Assembly: GCA_038087875.1 (NCBI GenBank)
Contig: CM075999.1
Coordinates: 2,668,001 to 2,732,000 of the forward strand
Source of the DNA: Malacoraja senta
Taxonomy: Eukaryota
Length of the DNA stretch: 64,000 bases
Direction: 5' to 3'
The position numbers and the translations under genes were made by a program. The notes under the pieces are model-generated. The model did not search any database. It was not told the origin of the DNA and saw only the letters and a list, made by a program, of their open reading frames with translations. Below are positions 27,746-40,207 of this stretch, piece by piece. Position 1 is the stretch's first letter. Every line of letters starts with the position of its first letter.

Positions 27746-29050
27746 GGTAGACAAAAGTGCTGGAGAAACTCAGCGGGTGCAGCAGCATCTATGGAGCGAA
27801 GGAAATAGGTAACGTTTCGGGCCGAAACCCTTCTTCAGACTGATAGGGGGTGGGGAGAAGAAAGGAAAAAAGGAAAAAGGCGGAGGAGGAGCCCGAGGGC
27901 TGGGGGAGGGGAGGAGACAACCAGATGGCTGATGAAGGGGAGGGGACAGCAAGGGCTAGCAGAATTGGGAGAATTCAATGTTCAAACCCCCAGGATGTAG
28001 ACTGCCCAAGCGGAATATGAGGTGCATTTCCTCCAATTTACGGTGTTGCTCGCTGTGGCCATGGAGGAGACCCAGGACAGAGAGGTCAGATACGGAATGG
28101 GAGGGGGAGTTGAAGTGCTGAGCCACCGGGAGTTCAGGTTGGTTATTGCGGACCGACCGGAGGTGTTCGGTGAAACGATCGCCAAGCCTCCGCTTGGTCT
28201 CACCGATGTAGATCAGCTGGCATCTAGAGCAGCGAATGCAATAGATGAGGTTGGAGGAGATGCAGGTGAACCTCTGTCGCACCTGGAACGACTACTTGGG
28301 TCCTTGAATGGAGTGGAGGGGGGAGGTGAAGGGACAAGTGTTGCATCTCTTGCGGTTGCAAGGGAAAGTACCAGGGGAGGGGGTGGTATGGGAGGGAAGG
28401 GAAGAATTGACAAGGGAGTTACGGAGGAAGCGGTCTTTGCGGAAGGCAGACAAGGGGGGAGATGGGAAGATGTGGCGAGTGGTGGGGTCACGTTGGAGGT
28501 GGCGAAACTGACGGAGGATCACTTGTTGTATGTGACGGCTGGTGGGGTGAAAGGTGAGGACTAGGGGGACTCTGCCCTTGTTGTGAGTGGGGGGGATGGG
28601 GAGAGAGAGCAGTGTTGCGGGGTATGGCAGAGACCCTGGTGTGAGCCTCATCTATGGTGGAGGAGGGGAACCCCCGTTCCCTGAAGAATGAGGACATTTC
28701 AGATGCCCTGGTGTGGAACGCCTCATCCTGGGAGCAGATGCGGCGTAGACGGAGGAATTGGGACTGGGGGATGGAGTCCTTACAGGAAGCAGGGTGGGAA
28801 GAAGTGTAGTCCAGATAGCCATGGGAGTCGGTAGGTTTGTAGTGGATGTCGGTAAGGAGTCTATCACCTGCGATGGAGATAGTGAGGTCAAGGAATGGTA
28901 GGGAAGTGTCGGAAATGGTCCAGGTGTATTTGAGTGCCGGATGGAAGTTGGTGGTGAAGCGGATGAAGTCAGTCAGTTGTGTGTGGGTGCAGGATGTGGC
29001 ACCAAAACAATCATCGATGTAGCGGAGGTAGAGGCTGGGGATGGGGCCCT
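27745..29050 (-). mobile_element. Penelope-like element (RT C-terminus, GIY-YIG endonuclease, hammerhead-bearing terminus)
   Basis: YLRYIDDCFG, LPFLDL, IHYKPTDSHGYLDYTSSHP, NLIYCIRCSRCQLIYIGETKRRLGDRFTEH; frameshifted. Confidence 0.92.
27810..27840 (-). ncRNA. Minimal type I hammerhead ribozyme core in the Penelope terminus
   Basis: Minus strand GT-CTGAAGA-AGGGTTTCGGCCC-GAAA-CG-TT-AC: CUGANGA and GAAA boxes, stem II, palindromic AACGTT stem III. Confidence 0.65.
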
Positions 29051-31847
29051 GTATTTTAGAGGTCGGGGATGGGGCCCTGTATTTTAAAGGTCGGGGATGG
29101 GGCCCTGTGTTAATAGGTTGTGCACTTATCTCCAATAAAAAATATTTTCAAAAAAAAATAAAATTTCAGTGCTGAGTCAAATATCACGCCAAGGTTTTTG
29201 ATGTGAGGTTTGAGAAGTGGGGTAAGGCTTCCAAGGCTGCCTGCTATCATTTTGATTGAGTCCGAGGGGCCGAGAAGGATGACCTCAGACTTACTCTCGT
29301 TTAGTTGGAGGAAGTTCTGGGCCATCCAACACTTTATATCCTCGAGCCAGTGGGTAAGGTTAAACAGATTTGATTGGTTTTTGGGCTTCAGGGGGAGATA
29401 GAGTTGTGTATCGCCTGCGTAGCAATGGAAGGAAATGCCGTGCCTTTCAATGACTTGGCCTAAGGGGAGCATATACAGGGAGAAGAGAATGGGGCCAAGG
29501 ACGGAACCTTCTGGAACCCCACAGCAGAGATTAGCTGGGGAGGAGAATGAGTTGCCTATGTTAGTCGAGAAACTCCTACCTTTGAGGTAGGAGATGAACC
29601 AGCTCATTTGAGGTAGGAGATGAACGTGTACCGAGGTACAGTGAAAAGCTTCTGTTGCATACTAACCAGTCAGTGGAAAGACAATACATAATTACAATCG
29701 CGTCATTTTATACATTAGTGTATAAATACATGATACACTGTGAGTGTCTACACAGTGTACAGAATGAAAACAGGGGTCTCAGAGTATGGAGAGGTGAGGG
29801 ATGAGTAGATAGAAGACGTGGAGAGTATTTCTGGGACCATTCCTCCTATCTTTATATCCCCGTGCCGCCACCTCTGATGGGTCTATTCCATTTTCTGTGC
29901 ATGACTATAATAGACAATAGACAATAACTTACTGGGTGGCGCAGCAGTAGAGTTGCTGCCTCACAGCACCAGAGCCCCGGGTTCGATCCTGACTACTGCC
30001 GCTTGTCTGTACGGAGCTTTGTCCGTTCTCCCCGTGACCCGCGTGGGTTTTCTCCAGGATCTCCGGTTTCCTCCAACACTCCAAAGACGTGCAGGTTTGC
30101 AGGTTAATTGGCTTGGTATAAATGTAAATTGTCCCCAGTGTGTGTGTAGGATGGCGTTAGTGAGCGGGGATTGCTGGTTGGCGCGGACTTGTTGGGCTGA
30201 AGGGCCTGTTACCGCGCTGTATCTCTGAACTAAACTAAACATCTTCTGCTGAGATTTGAACCTGTGAATCCAGATTGTTCGTAAAAACATTGAGATTAAT
30301 TTGTAAAGTTAGATCATAGTTCAGCCACAATCACTTGAATTATGAAGGTCTAAATGCCTTCTTATGGTTTTATGTTCCATTATATTTACACATTATTTTT
30401 CCTGCGCATAAAAACATGAATCTTGTCATAATATTGAAAGTAAAACCATATGTATATGAAAATAATACGCATGTACATAAGAATAAAACATTTTTAAATT
30501 TTTTTTTAAATGGGTGCAGGAGTAGGCCATTCGGCCCTTCGAGCCTGCACCGCCATTCAATATGATCATGGCTGATCATCCAACTCAGTATCCTGTACCT
30601 GCCTTCTCTCCATACCCCCTGATCCCTTTAGCCACAAGGGCCACATCTAACTCCCTCTTAAATATAGCCATTGAACTGGCCTCAACTACTTTCTGTGGCA
30701 GAGAATTCCACAGATTCACCACTCTGTGTGAAAAAAAAATTCTCATCTCGGTCCTAAAAGACTTCCCCCTTATCCTTAAACTGTGACCCCTTGTTCTGGA
30801 CTTCCCCAACATCGGGAACAATCTTCCTGCATCTAGCCTGTCCAACCCCTTAAGAATTTTGTAAGTTTCTATAAGATCCCCCCTCAATCTTCTAAATTCT
30901 AGCGAGTACAAGCCAAGTCTATCCAGTCTTTCTTCATATGAAAGTCCTGCCATCCCAGGAATCAGTCTGGTGAACCTTCTCTGTACTCCCTCTATGGCAA
31001 GAATGTCTTTCCTCAGATTAGGAGACCAAAACTGTATGCAATACTCCAGGTGTGGTCTCACCAAGGCCCTGTACAGCTGCAGTAGAACCTCCCTGCTCCT
31101 ATACTCAAATCCTTTTGCTATGAATGCTAACATACCATTCGCTTTCTTCACTGCCTGCTGCACCTGCATGCCTACTTTCAATGACTGGTGTACCATGACA
31201 CCCAGGTTTCATTGCATCTCCCCTTTTCCTAAATGGCCACCATTCAGATAATAGTCTACTTTCCTGTTCTTGCCACCAAAGTGGATAACCTCACATTTAT
31301 CCACATTATACTGCATCTGCCATGCATTTGCCCACTCACCCAACCTATCCAAGTCACCTTGCAGCCTCCTAGCATCCTCCTCACAGCTAACACTGCCCCC
31401 CCAGCTTCGTGTCATCCGCAAACTTGGAGATGTTGCATTCAATTCCCTCGTCCAAATCATTAATATCTATATTACTAAAAGTAAGATCTTGACCGCTTTT
31501 GACACTGCGATGTGATTTCCGACAGTACGCCGCAACGTACGGCCGCCATTTTTGTCCACCTTGCTCAGAGCCCCCTCCGCGGGACTGGACCAGAGGATTT
31601 TTCCCATCGATGAAAAATCAGAGAGATATTAATATTTTTAAAAATTTCGCCATTCTCAATTGCTGCCCCTGCTGGTGGGAGGGGGGAGGGACTATAAAAC
31701 CCGAAAGTGGAGTGCCTCACTCAGCCTCTGCAAGATGGCGGAAGCGAGAGGGTCACATCTCTCTGAGCTCTGAATAACACTGAACACATGTCTACTCAAC
31801 TGTGAGTGCCCTTAATGTGGTTTGAAAATGAAAATATGGTTGCATTG

Positions 31848-32180
31848 AAAAAATGGCTGTTGTTGGTGGTGGTAACTGCTTTGAAATGCTGCACTGCAAA
31901 AAAAATGGCTGTTGTTGGTGGAGGTACCTGCTTTGAAAGGCTGCACTGCAAAAAAAAATGGGTGTTGTTGGCGGTGGTAACTGCTTTGAAAGGCTGCACT
32001 GAAAAAAAAATGGCTGTTGTTGGTGGTGGTAACTGCTTTGAAGGGCTGCACGGCAAAGAAAATTGCTGTTGTTGTTGGTGGTAACTGCTTTGAAAGGCTG
32101 CACTGAAAAAATGGCTGTTGGTGGTGGTAACTGCTTTGAAAGGCTACACCGCAAAAAAAAATGGCTGTTGGTGGTGGAAA
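31848..32180. repeat. ~50-60 bp minisatellite (about 6 units) inside the Helitron
   Basis: Unit AAAAAATGGCTGTTGTTGGTGGTGGTAACTGCTTTGAAAGGCTGCACTGC. Confidence 0.9.
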
Positions 32181-32479
32181 CTTGACAACTTCCTGTTTGC
32201 ACTGAATATTGATTTTAGATAAAGCGCTACCACTTACGGCTGTGATTTTTGGCCATCTTACTCAGTTCCTGGCCACTCAACAGGTGCAGAGGATTCTTCC
32301 CATCTATGAAAAATAAAAGTGTTATTAGTGTTTAAAAAAAATGTTGAGAATCTCTCTCCTGTCAATCACGCCATGAAGGCCACGCCCCTTCCAGTTGGAG
32401 GGGGAGGGGGAGGGGGAGGGATTATAATACCCGTAAGTGTGGGGTGTGGCTCAGTCTCTGCAAGATGGGGGGGAGAGAG

Positions 32480-32985
32480 GTCTTGCACCCTGCTTGAAAT
32501 GGTATGAAACTGCACTTCAATTTGGTTGTCTTGCACCCTGCTTGAAATGGCATGAAACAGCACGAGCATTTGGTGGCCTTGCACCCTGCTTGAATTGACA
32601 TGAAACTGCACTTGAATTTGGTGGCCTTGCACCCTGCTTGAAATGGCAGGAAACTGCACTTGAGTTTGGTGACCCTGCACCCTGCTTGAAGTGGTATGAA
32701 ACTGCACTTGAATTCGGTGGCCTTACAGCCTGCTTGAAGTGATCGGAACTGCACTTGAATTCGGTGGCCTTGCACCCTGCTTGAAGTGGTAGGAAACTGC
32801 ACTTGAATTCGGTGGCCTTGCACCCTGCTTGAAGTGGTAGGAAACTGCACCTGAATTTGATGTCCTTGCACCCTGCTTGAAGTGGTATGAAACTGCAATT
32901 GAATTCGGTGTCCTTGCACCCTGCTTGAAATGGGAGGAATGCATTTGAATTTGGTGGCCTTGCACCCTGCTTGAAATGGAATTTC
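32480..32985. repeat. ~48 bp minisatellite (about 10 units) inside the Helitron
   Basis: Unit CCTTGCACCCTGCTTGAAGTGGTATGAAACTGCACTTGAATTTGGTGG. Confidence 0.9.
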
Positions 32986-33693
32986 AAGGAATAGCCGCGA
33001 GTCAACTGCTAGCCCACCAGCCATTAGTGAGCTGCCAGCACATCAGGCTTGAGTGACTGAGCTGCCACCCCAAGAATCCATTTGGCCCATACTAACCAGT
33101 CCCTTCAGCCCATAGTACCCATACTAACGCTCCAGAAAGCCCCCCACTGGCCACCAATATTGGAATTGGTGGAGAGGTGGAATATTGCGTTGGGGGACCA
33201 GCCCTCCCGTGTGAAAATGGGACCCAACGGGTCCCACTTAGTCTAGTATATTGTAAATAGCTGGGGTCCCAGCACTGAGCCTTGCGGTACCCCACTAGTG
33301 AATTGAACAGTGAACAGGTGAATTGATCATGGGTAGAGCTGCGAAACACTAAGGGGCAGAAAACGCTGGTGGGTGCTGTGTACAGGCCTGCCATTCTGAA
33401 AAGGACCTGTTTACTCCTACTCTTTGCTTCCTGTCTGCCAGCCAGTTCTCTATCCACATCAATACTGAACCCTCAATACCGTGTGCTTTAAGTTTGCATA
33501 CTAATCTCTTATGTGGGACCTTGTCGAAAGCCTTCTGAAAGTCCAGATATAGCACATCCACTGGTTCTCCCTTATCCACTCTACTAGTTACATCCTCGAA
33601 AAATTCTGTAAGATTCGTCAGACATGATTTACCTTTCATGTCTGACGGTAACAGAATACTTATACAGCTGAGTAAGTATAATTATAAGAAAGA

Positions 33694-36540
33694 ACGGCTA
33701 AGAAAGAACAAAAGAATCTGCATGTCTTGTTCCACAATCTGGCCAACGCCTATGGATCAGTTCCTCATTCGCTACTGTGGACTGCTTTTGACCTCTTTCA
33801 GGTGCCTGCAATAATAACAACTCTGGTAAAAAAAAAAATTGTCTCACAACATCAGACTTTACCACAGCGTGGCAACCACTGGAAGTAGGCATCATGGCGG
33901 GGTGCACCATCTCCCCTTTGACCTTCACTATGGCAATGGAGCTCATTATCAGAGCATCAAAATGGGTTGTGGGAGGAAAACGGCTACAGTGTGGTCAGCG
34001 ATTGCCACCGATCGAGCCTATATGGACGATATAACAACACTAACAACAACTATCCCCTGCACCAAGAGACTTCTGGAAAAACTTCATCAAAACATCACAT
34101 GGGCAAGGATGAAGATTAAACCAGCAAGTGCAGAAGCATCTCCATTGTCAAAGGTCAAGTCAAGGATTAAAGATTTCATATTGACGGAATACCTGTTCCA
34201 ACTGTTTCAGAAATGCCAGTGAAGAGTTTGGGCCGATGGTATGATGCAAAGCTCAAGGACACCGAGCAGTTTGAACAACTGAAAAAGGATACCATCATGC
34301 ACATAGCTCGCATCAACAATACCTTGTTACCAGGAAAACTCAAGCTGTGGTGCTTCCAATTTGGCATACTACCAAGAATCATGTGGCCTTTATGTATGAA
34401 ATCTCCATCAATAGACAATAGATAATAAACAATAGGTGCAGGAGTAGGGCATTTGGCCCTTCGAGCCAGCACAGCCATTCAATGTGATCATGGCTGATCA
34501 TCCACAATCAGTACCCCGTTCCTGCCTTCTCCCCATATCCCCTGACTCCGCTATTTTTAAGAGCCCTATCTAGCTCTCTTTTGAAAGCATCCAAATAACC
34601 TGCCTCCACCGCCCTCTGAGGCAGAGAATTCCACAGACTCACCACCCTCTGTGTGAAAAAAGTGTTTCCTCGTCTCTGTTCTAAATGGCTTACCCCTTAT
34701 TCTTAAACTGTGGCCCCTGGTTCTGGACTCCCCCAACATCGGGAACATGTTTCCTGCCTCTAGCGTGTCCAAGTCTTTAACAATCTTATATGTTTCAATG
34801 AAATCTCCTCTCATCCTTCTAAACTCCAGAGTGTAAAAGCCCAGCCGCTCCATTCTCTCAGCATATGACAGTCCCGCCATCCCGGGAATTAACCTTGTAA
34901 ACCTACGCTGCACTCCCTCAATAGCAAGAATGTCTTTCCTCAAATTAGGGGAACAAAACTGCACACAATACTCCAGGTGTGGTCTCACTAGGGCTCTGTA
35001 CAACTGCAGAAGGACCTCTTTGCTCCTATATTCGATTCCTCTTGTTATAAAGGCCAACAAGGCCAACATGCCATTCGCTTTCTTCACTGCCTGCTGTACC
35101 TGCATGCTTACTTTCATAGACTGATGTACAAGGACCCCCAGATCCCATTGTACTTCCCCTATTCCCAACTTGACGCCAACAAGACGCCCATCAACAAAGT
35201 GGAAAAGCTGGAAAGAACGATCAGCACACATGTTGAAACAGTGGCTTGGACTTCCACGATGCTTAAGTCTGTCGGACTGTACGGGAGTGGCAAATTGGAA
35301 TTACCCATTGCAGGACTTGTGGAAGAGTTCAAATGCACTAAAGCAAGGTTGGGTCATGACCCTCACTGAATCTGAAGATACTGTTATTCGAGCAGCGGCC
35401 CCCAGTGTGGCAACGGGGAGGAAGTGGGCGCCATCTGAAGCCCACTCGTCCCAAAAGCTCCTCAATGGCACAAGGCAACATCAGTGCAGAAGAGACGGCT
35501 CGTGGTGGAGGAGGTGAGAAGACGGGAGGAGGCAGAGCGACACGCCAAGGCCGTCTCAATGGCCAAGCAGGGCCAATGGACTAACTGGAGAGCCTGGAAA
35601 AGAGGAAAACTCAGCTGGCGTGACATCTGGCAAATGGAAGGATCTCGGCTAAGTTTTGTCATCAGAGCCACTTATGATGTTCTACCATCACCCCAGAACC
35701 TGAAGCAGTGGTTTCAGAGAAGACCCCGCTTTCTCCCTTTGCCAAAACACCTGCATCACTAAGGCACATTTTAACAGGATGCACTACGAGCCTCGGCCAA
35801 GGGCGTTACACTTGGCGGCATAACCAAGTTCTCAGACAGCTGGCATCAATCCTTGAACAGAGGCGAACGATCACAAATGCTTCCTCACCAACATCGGCAG
35901 GAAATGTCCACTTCACAACATTTGTACCAGCAGGCCAACCTCCAGAGCACCAGATAACATCAATGGAATGCAAGCTGGATTGGAAAATGGAAGTGGACTT
36001 AGAAAAAAAGGCTTGTGTTTCCCCCAGACATTGTGGCTACAATACTCCGGCCAGACATGGTCCCCGTGGTCCACAACAGCCAAGTGGCATACGTTGTGGA
36101 ATTGACAGTTCCATGGGAAGATGGTGTTGAAGAAGCTTATGAGAGGAAAAAGACCAAGTACTCTGAACTGGCAACTGAAGCTTCCCAGAATGGCTGGAAG
36201 ACCAAGATTATCCCTGTCGAAATGGGTTGCGGGGGATGTGTTGCTACATCTATGACCAGGCTATTAAAGAAAATGGGGGTGAGGGGTCGCTCGCTCCAAC
36301 AAGCAATCAAGTCATTATCAAATTCTTCAGAAAAAAGCAGCAATTGGATTTGGATCAAAAGGAGAGACAACAATTGGGCTGCAAGATGAAGACAGGAGGG
36401 TATGGAATTGAGGGGGGGTGTAACTGGGACGCCTGGTATCACCGTTCAGCCCTCTGGAGATGTTGTGAGCTTATCAATGAAACGTCAAAGAAGGAGGGTG
36501 CCCACCTCATGACCCCGATGACGTACCTCCCCCTACCTTT
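33694..36540 (+). mobile_element. HERO-clade (restriction-like endonuclease) non-LTR retrotransposon, 3' part (copy A)
   Basis: DLANAYGSVPH-like, AYMDDIT, KSLGRWY, RATYDVLPSPQNL, HILTGC..GRYTWRHNQVL, RPD..ELTVPWED..EEAYERKKTKY; degenerate; CR1 inserted at 34412-35187. Confidence 0.88.
34412..35187 (-). mobile_element. CR1 3' fragment inserted in HERO copy A
   Basis: ORF 34566-35231 with CR1 motifs; (CTATTGT)n-like tail; TSD CCATCAA at 34405-34411 and 35188-35194. Confidence 0.9.
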
Positions 36541-39175
36541 CACCACTCCAATCCCACTGCAAATAGCAAGAGTGCCGACTTAATACAGGGATTGAAACAT
36601 CAGGTCCTATTAGCTCTACTGACCTGGAGGAAAAACCAGTGACTGCTGTGAAAGTGCAGCTGACGGACAAGGGAAGGACCATGTGACAGCTTTGGAGAGG
36701 CAGCTGACAGGAGGAAATAGACCCCAACGGGGCTGTTATGGGCTAGCTACCCATAACAGCTGGCTCTGTCACCTTGTTAGGGCACAAGAGCCATCCTCAC
36801 TTGGCTACAAGAAGTTCAAAGAGAAGACTACCCCAAGAGTCTGCGAGAGCGGGGGCGCAAGATGACTCATCGACTGACCACCCGGTAACAAACCTTGGAA
36901 CGGACATGACATTGAATCAGGTAAGTGGCAAAACTCTTGAAAAACGAGCAGCTGGACACGTTCTTCAGACCTGTAGGTGTGGCTGGACTAAAGTAACATC
37001 AACTCGTGGTCTCAACATTCATCAGGGATGGAAGAAATGCTTGAAAATCCCCAACCCCAGGGCCCCGCATTGACCAGATTCTGTCAAGAGGAAGGTCAAA
37101 ATCAGTCGGATGAAACTCAGCGGCAGGAAGATATCCACAGTCCACAGAGCATCAGCACCCTACGGGATGTGGCAGAAGTTTCAGGCAACAGTCCAAGACG
37201 CAACCAGGCATATCCTAAAGTGGAGAACATGCAAGGACGTAAGCCGTTGGTGAAATGGCCAAAGTCTAACAGCAAGGAGTGGTAAATCATCAATGCCGAT
37301 GTGAGCTTAATCTTAAGTGGAATCAAGGGATCAGCAGGAAAGAAGTTGGAGAAGATGGGTGATCTAGTCTACAGCTATGGAAAGGAGAAATTTGGTGAGA
37401 AGGAACAACTCAGCAGGAAAGATAGGCCTCCTCCCCCCAAATCCCGTCGTCTCCAGGAAATCCAACGACTTGTTAAAGAAAGAAGAGGCCTGTGGAAGGT
37501 GTGGAAAAAAGCAACAGCAGAAGAACGGGAGGGCATCAATCTCCTTCAAAAGGACCTAAGACAGAGCCTCTCGAAGCTGCGCAGAGCGGAGAATTTAAGG
37601 AAATGACGCAAAAAGAAAAAGCAAGCACGGACTTCTACAAAGATCCCTTTAAGTTTGTGAAAGGTATTTTCACAAAAGAAAAAAGCGGATCCCTGAAAGC
37701 GTCAAAAAAGGAGGTTGAAGGACACATCAGAACCATCCACACTGATGAGTTAAAAGATGAACCGATTTTTGTCCCTGCTGACATCCCACCAATCTCACCC
37801 CACAACATCAATTTGACATCAGCCCTCCCAAGCTGAGTGAGGTAAAATAAGCAGTGAGGAAGGCAAGAACGGCCTCTGCACCAGGCCCTAATGGTGTTCC
37901 CTATTGTGTTCTACAAGAATGCCCCAGATATTCTGAAATTCCTCTGGAGGAACATGAGGGTTGCGTGGGAAAAGGAAGTCATCCCCAAAGCCTGGCGAAG
38001 AGCGGGGGGAGTCCTGATCCCAAGAGAAAAAAATTCTTCCACCATCTTCCACAGTTTCGGCAAATAAACCTTCTTAACATAGAGGGCAAGATCTTTTTCA
38101 GTGTGGTGGCGAAAAGACTTAAAGTATCTGAAACAAAACCATTTCATTGATACGTCAATCCAAATGGCTGGCATAGCAGGCTTCTCGGGATGCCTTGAAC
38201 ATACCAGCATCCTATGGCATCAAATCCAGACTGCTAAGAAAAAACGAAAGCATCTGCATGACTGGTTCCTCGATCTGGCCAACGCCTATGGATCAGTTCC
38301 TCATTCGCTACTGTGGACTGCTTTTGAACTCTTTCAGGTGCCTGCAATAATAACAAATCTGGTAAAAAAAACTACTGGCGGGGTGCACCAACTCCTCTTT
38401 GACCTTCACTATGGCAATGGAGCTCATTATCAGAGCATCAAAATGGGTTGTGGGAGGAAAACAGCTACAGTGTGGTCAGCGATTGCCACCGATACGAGCC
38501 TATATGGACGATATAACAACACTAACAACAACTATCGCAGTCGCTGCCTCAAAAAGGCTGGCAGTATCATCAAGGACCCACACCATCCTGGCCACACACT
38601 CATCTCCCTGCTCCCTTCAGGTAGAAGGTACAGGAGCCTGAAGACTGCAACAACCAGGTTCAGGAATAGCTACTTCCCCACAGCCATCAGGCTATTAAAC
38701 CTGGCTCGGACAAAACTCTGATTATTAATAACCATTATCTGTTATTTGCACTTTATCAGTTTATTTATTCATGTGTGTATATATTTATATAATGGTATAT
38801 GGATACACTGATCTGTTCTGTATTCATGCCTACTATGTTCTGTGTGCTGAAGCAAAGCAAGAATTTCATTGTCCTATCAGGGACACATGACAATAAACTC
38901 ACTTGACTTGACTTGACTTGACTTGACTATCCCCTGCACCAAGAGACTTCTGGAAAAACGTCATCAAAACATCACATGGGCAAGGATGAAGATTAAACCC
39001 AGCAAGTGCAGAAGCATCTCCATTGTCAAAGGTCAAGTCAAGGATCCAAGATTTCATATTGACGGAATACCTGTTCCAACTGTTTCACAAATGCCAGTGA
39101 AGAGTTTGGGCCGATGGTATGATGCAAAGCTCAAGGACACCGAGCAGTTTGAACAACTGAAAAAGGATACCATCC
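36541..39175 (+). mobile_element. HERO-clade element, 5' part (copy B: 5'UTR, zinc finger, RT N-terminal half)
   Basis: CRCGWTKVTSTRGLNIHQGWKKC zinc finger, VKWPK, SAPGPNGVPY, FRQINLLNIEGKIFFSV, GFSGCLEH, FLDLANAYGSVPH, AYMDDIT. Confidence 0.88.
38536..38926 (+). mobile_element. Rex1/Babar 3' fragment with (CTTGA)n tail inserted in HERO copy B
   Basis: RCLKKAGSIIKDPHHPGHTLISLLPSGRRYRS..TTRFRNSYFP; flanked by duplicated ACTATC. Confidence 0.85.
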
Positions 39176-40207
39176 CCTAAGCTATTTCACTTGTGAGGCC
39201 TGCTCCTCCCAATCCCCCACCCCCACGACTAGAGGACCATGACTTTGAGTCCTGAAAAGCGCTATATAAATAAAATCTATTATTATTATTATTACCACAG
39301 TTGTTTGCTCTTATTATTGAACCGTTAGCAGAAAAAATTAGAATACATCCTGATATCCATGGGTATAATACTAAATATTCAAATAATAAAATATCTTTAT
39401 ACGCGCATGATATATTACTGTACATTACAAAAACTCAAATCACTATACCAAATATATTAAATTTAATTGAAGACTTTGGATCTTTTTCTGGATACAGAAT
39501 AAATTGGAATAAAAGTGAAATTATGTCAATAAAACCGAAAGACTCAACACATCTTTTAAAATGCCCTTTAATATAGCTACAGAAAAATTTAAATACTTGG
39601 GAATCGAAATTACTAGAACATATCAAGGTATGTTTAAAGCAAATTTTGATCCCCTACTTAATAAATTAAACACACTAATTAAATTTTGGAAAACGCTCCC
39701 GATGTCTTTAATAGGCCGAATAAATGCAATAAAAACGATCTTTCTACCACAAATTTTATACCTATTTCAATCGATTCCTATATACCTACCAAAGAAGTTT
39801 AAAAAAAGATTGGACTCAGATATCACTAATTTTATATGGGACTATAAATCACATAGAATACAAAGAACTCACTTGAACAAACCTAAAGTATTAGGGGCCT
39901 TAGCACTACCTAATTTCATGTATTATTATTGGTCAGTAAATATTAAAATATGATTCAACTGATGGATAACTCTGCCCAGCAAGTGGGACTGGATTGTAAT
40001 GGAGAGAGAGGATTGCTCCTCTGGAAACATTGGAGCGATCCTCCTCTCACCAATGAAACTGAATAACATAAATTATAATAAGAACCCAATTATACATAGC
40101 ACAATCAGAATTTGGAAACAAATAAAACAAAATTTAAAATTAAGAAATGTATCACTTTTATCTCCCATAGTTAATAATCCTTCGTTTAATCCCTCTATTA
40201 TAAATAA

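Larger units (their letters stand above)
26200..29625 (-). mobile_element. L2 LINE RT/3' end, split into 26200-26900 and 29160-29625 by L1 and Penelope insertions
   Basis: GVPEGSVLGPILFSLYMLPLG..YAGDTQLY and FISSRLDYCNSL..LQLVQNAAARLL..HITPILASLHWLPV. Confidence 0.9.
31466..33246 (+). mobile_element. Non-autonomous Helitron with internal minisatellites
   Basis: 5' TC, 3' CTAG, subterminal hairpin TGGGACCC-AAC-GGGTCCCA (33218-33236); inserted between A and T with no TSD. Removal restores CR1 sequence CATTAATATATAT (compare 63069-63081). Confidence 0.92.
30510..33638 (-). mobile_element. CR1 LINE (RT region and 3'UTR) interrupted by a Helitron
   Basis: KSCLTNL..DVLYLDFQKAFDKVPH, KFADDTKL, RPHLEYCIQFWSP; colinear with 62097-63350. 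Confidence 0.93.

Noticed and set aside
28022..28564. 180-aa + strand ORF with a hydrophobic start
   Set aside because: Antisense shadow of the Penelope GIY-YIG/RT coding region.
31848..32985. Regularly spaced repeats resembling a CRISPR array, with repetitive ORFs
   Set aside because: Units are contiguous with no unique spacers, there are no cas genes, the context is eukaryotic, and they lie inside a Helitron.
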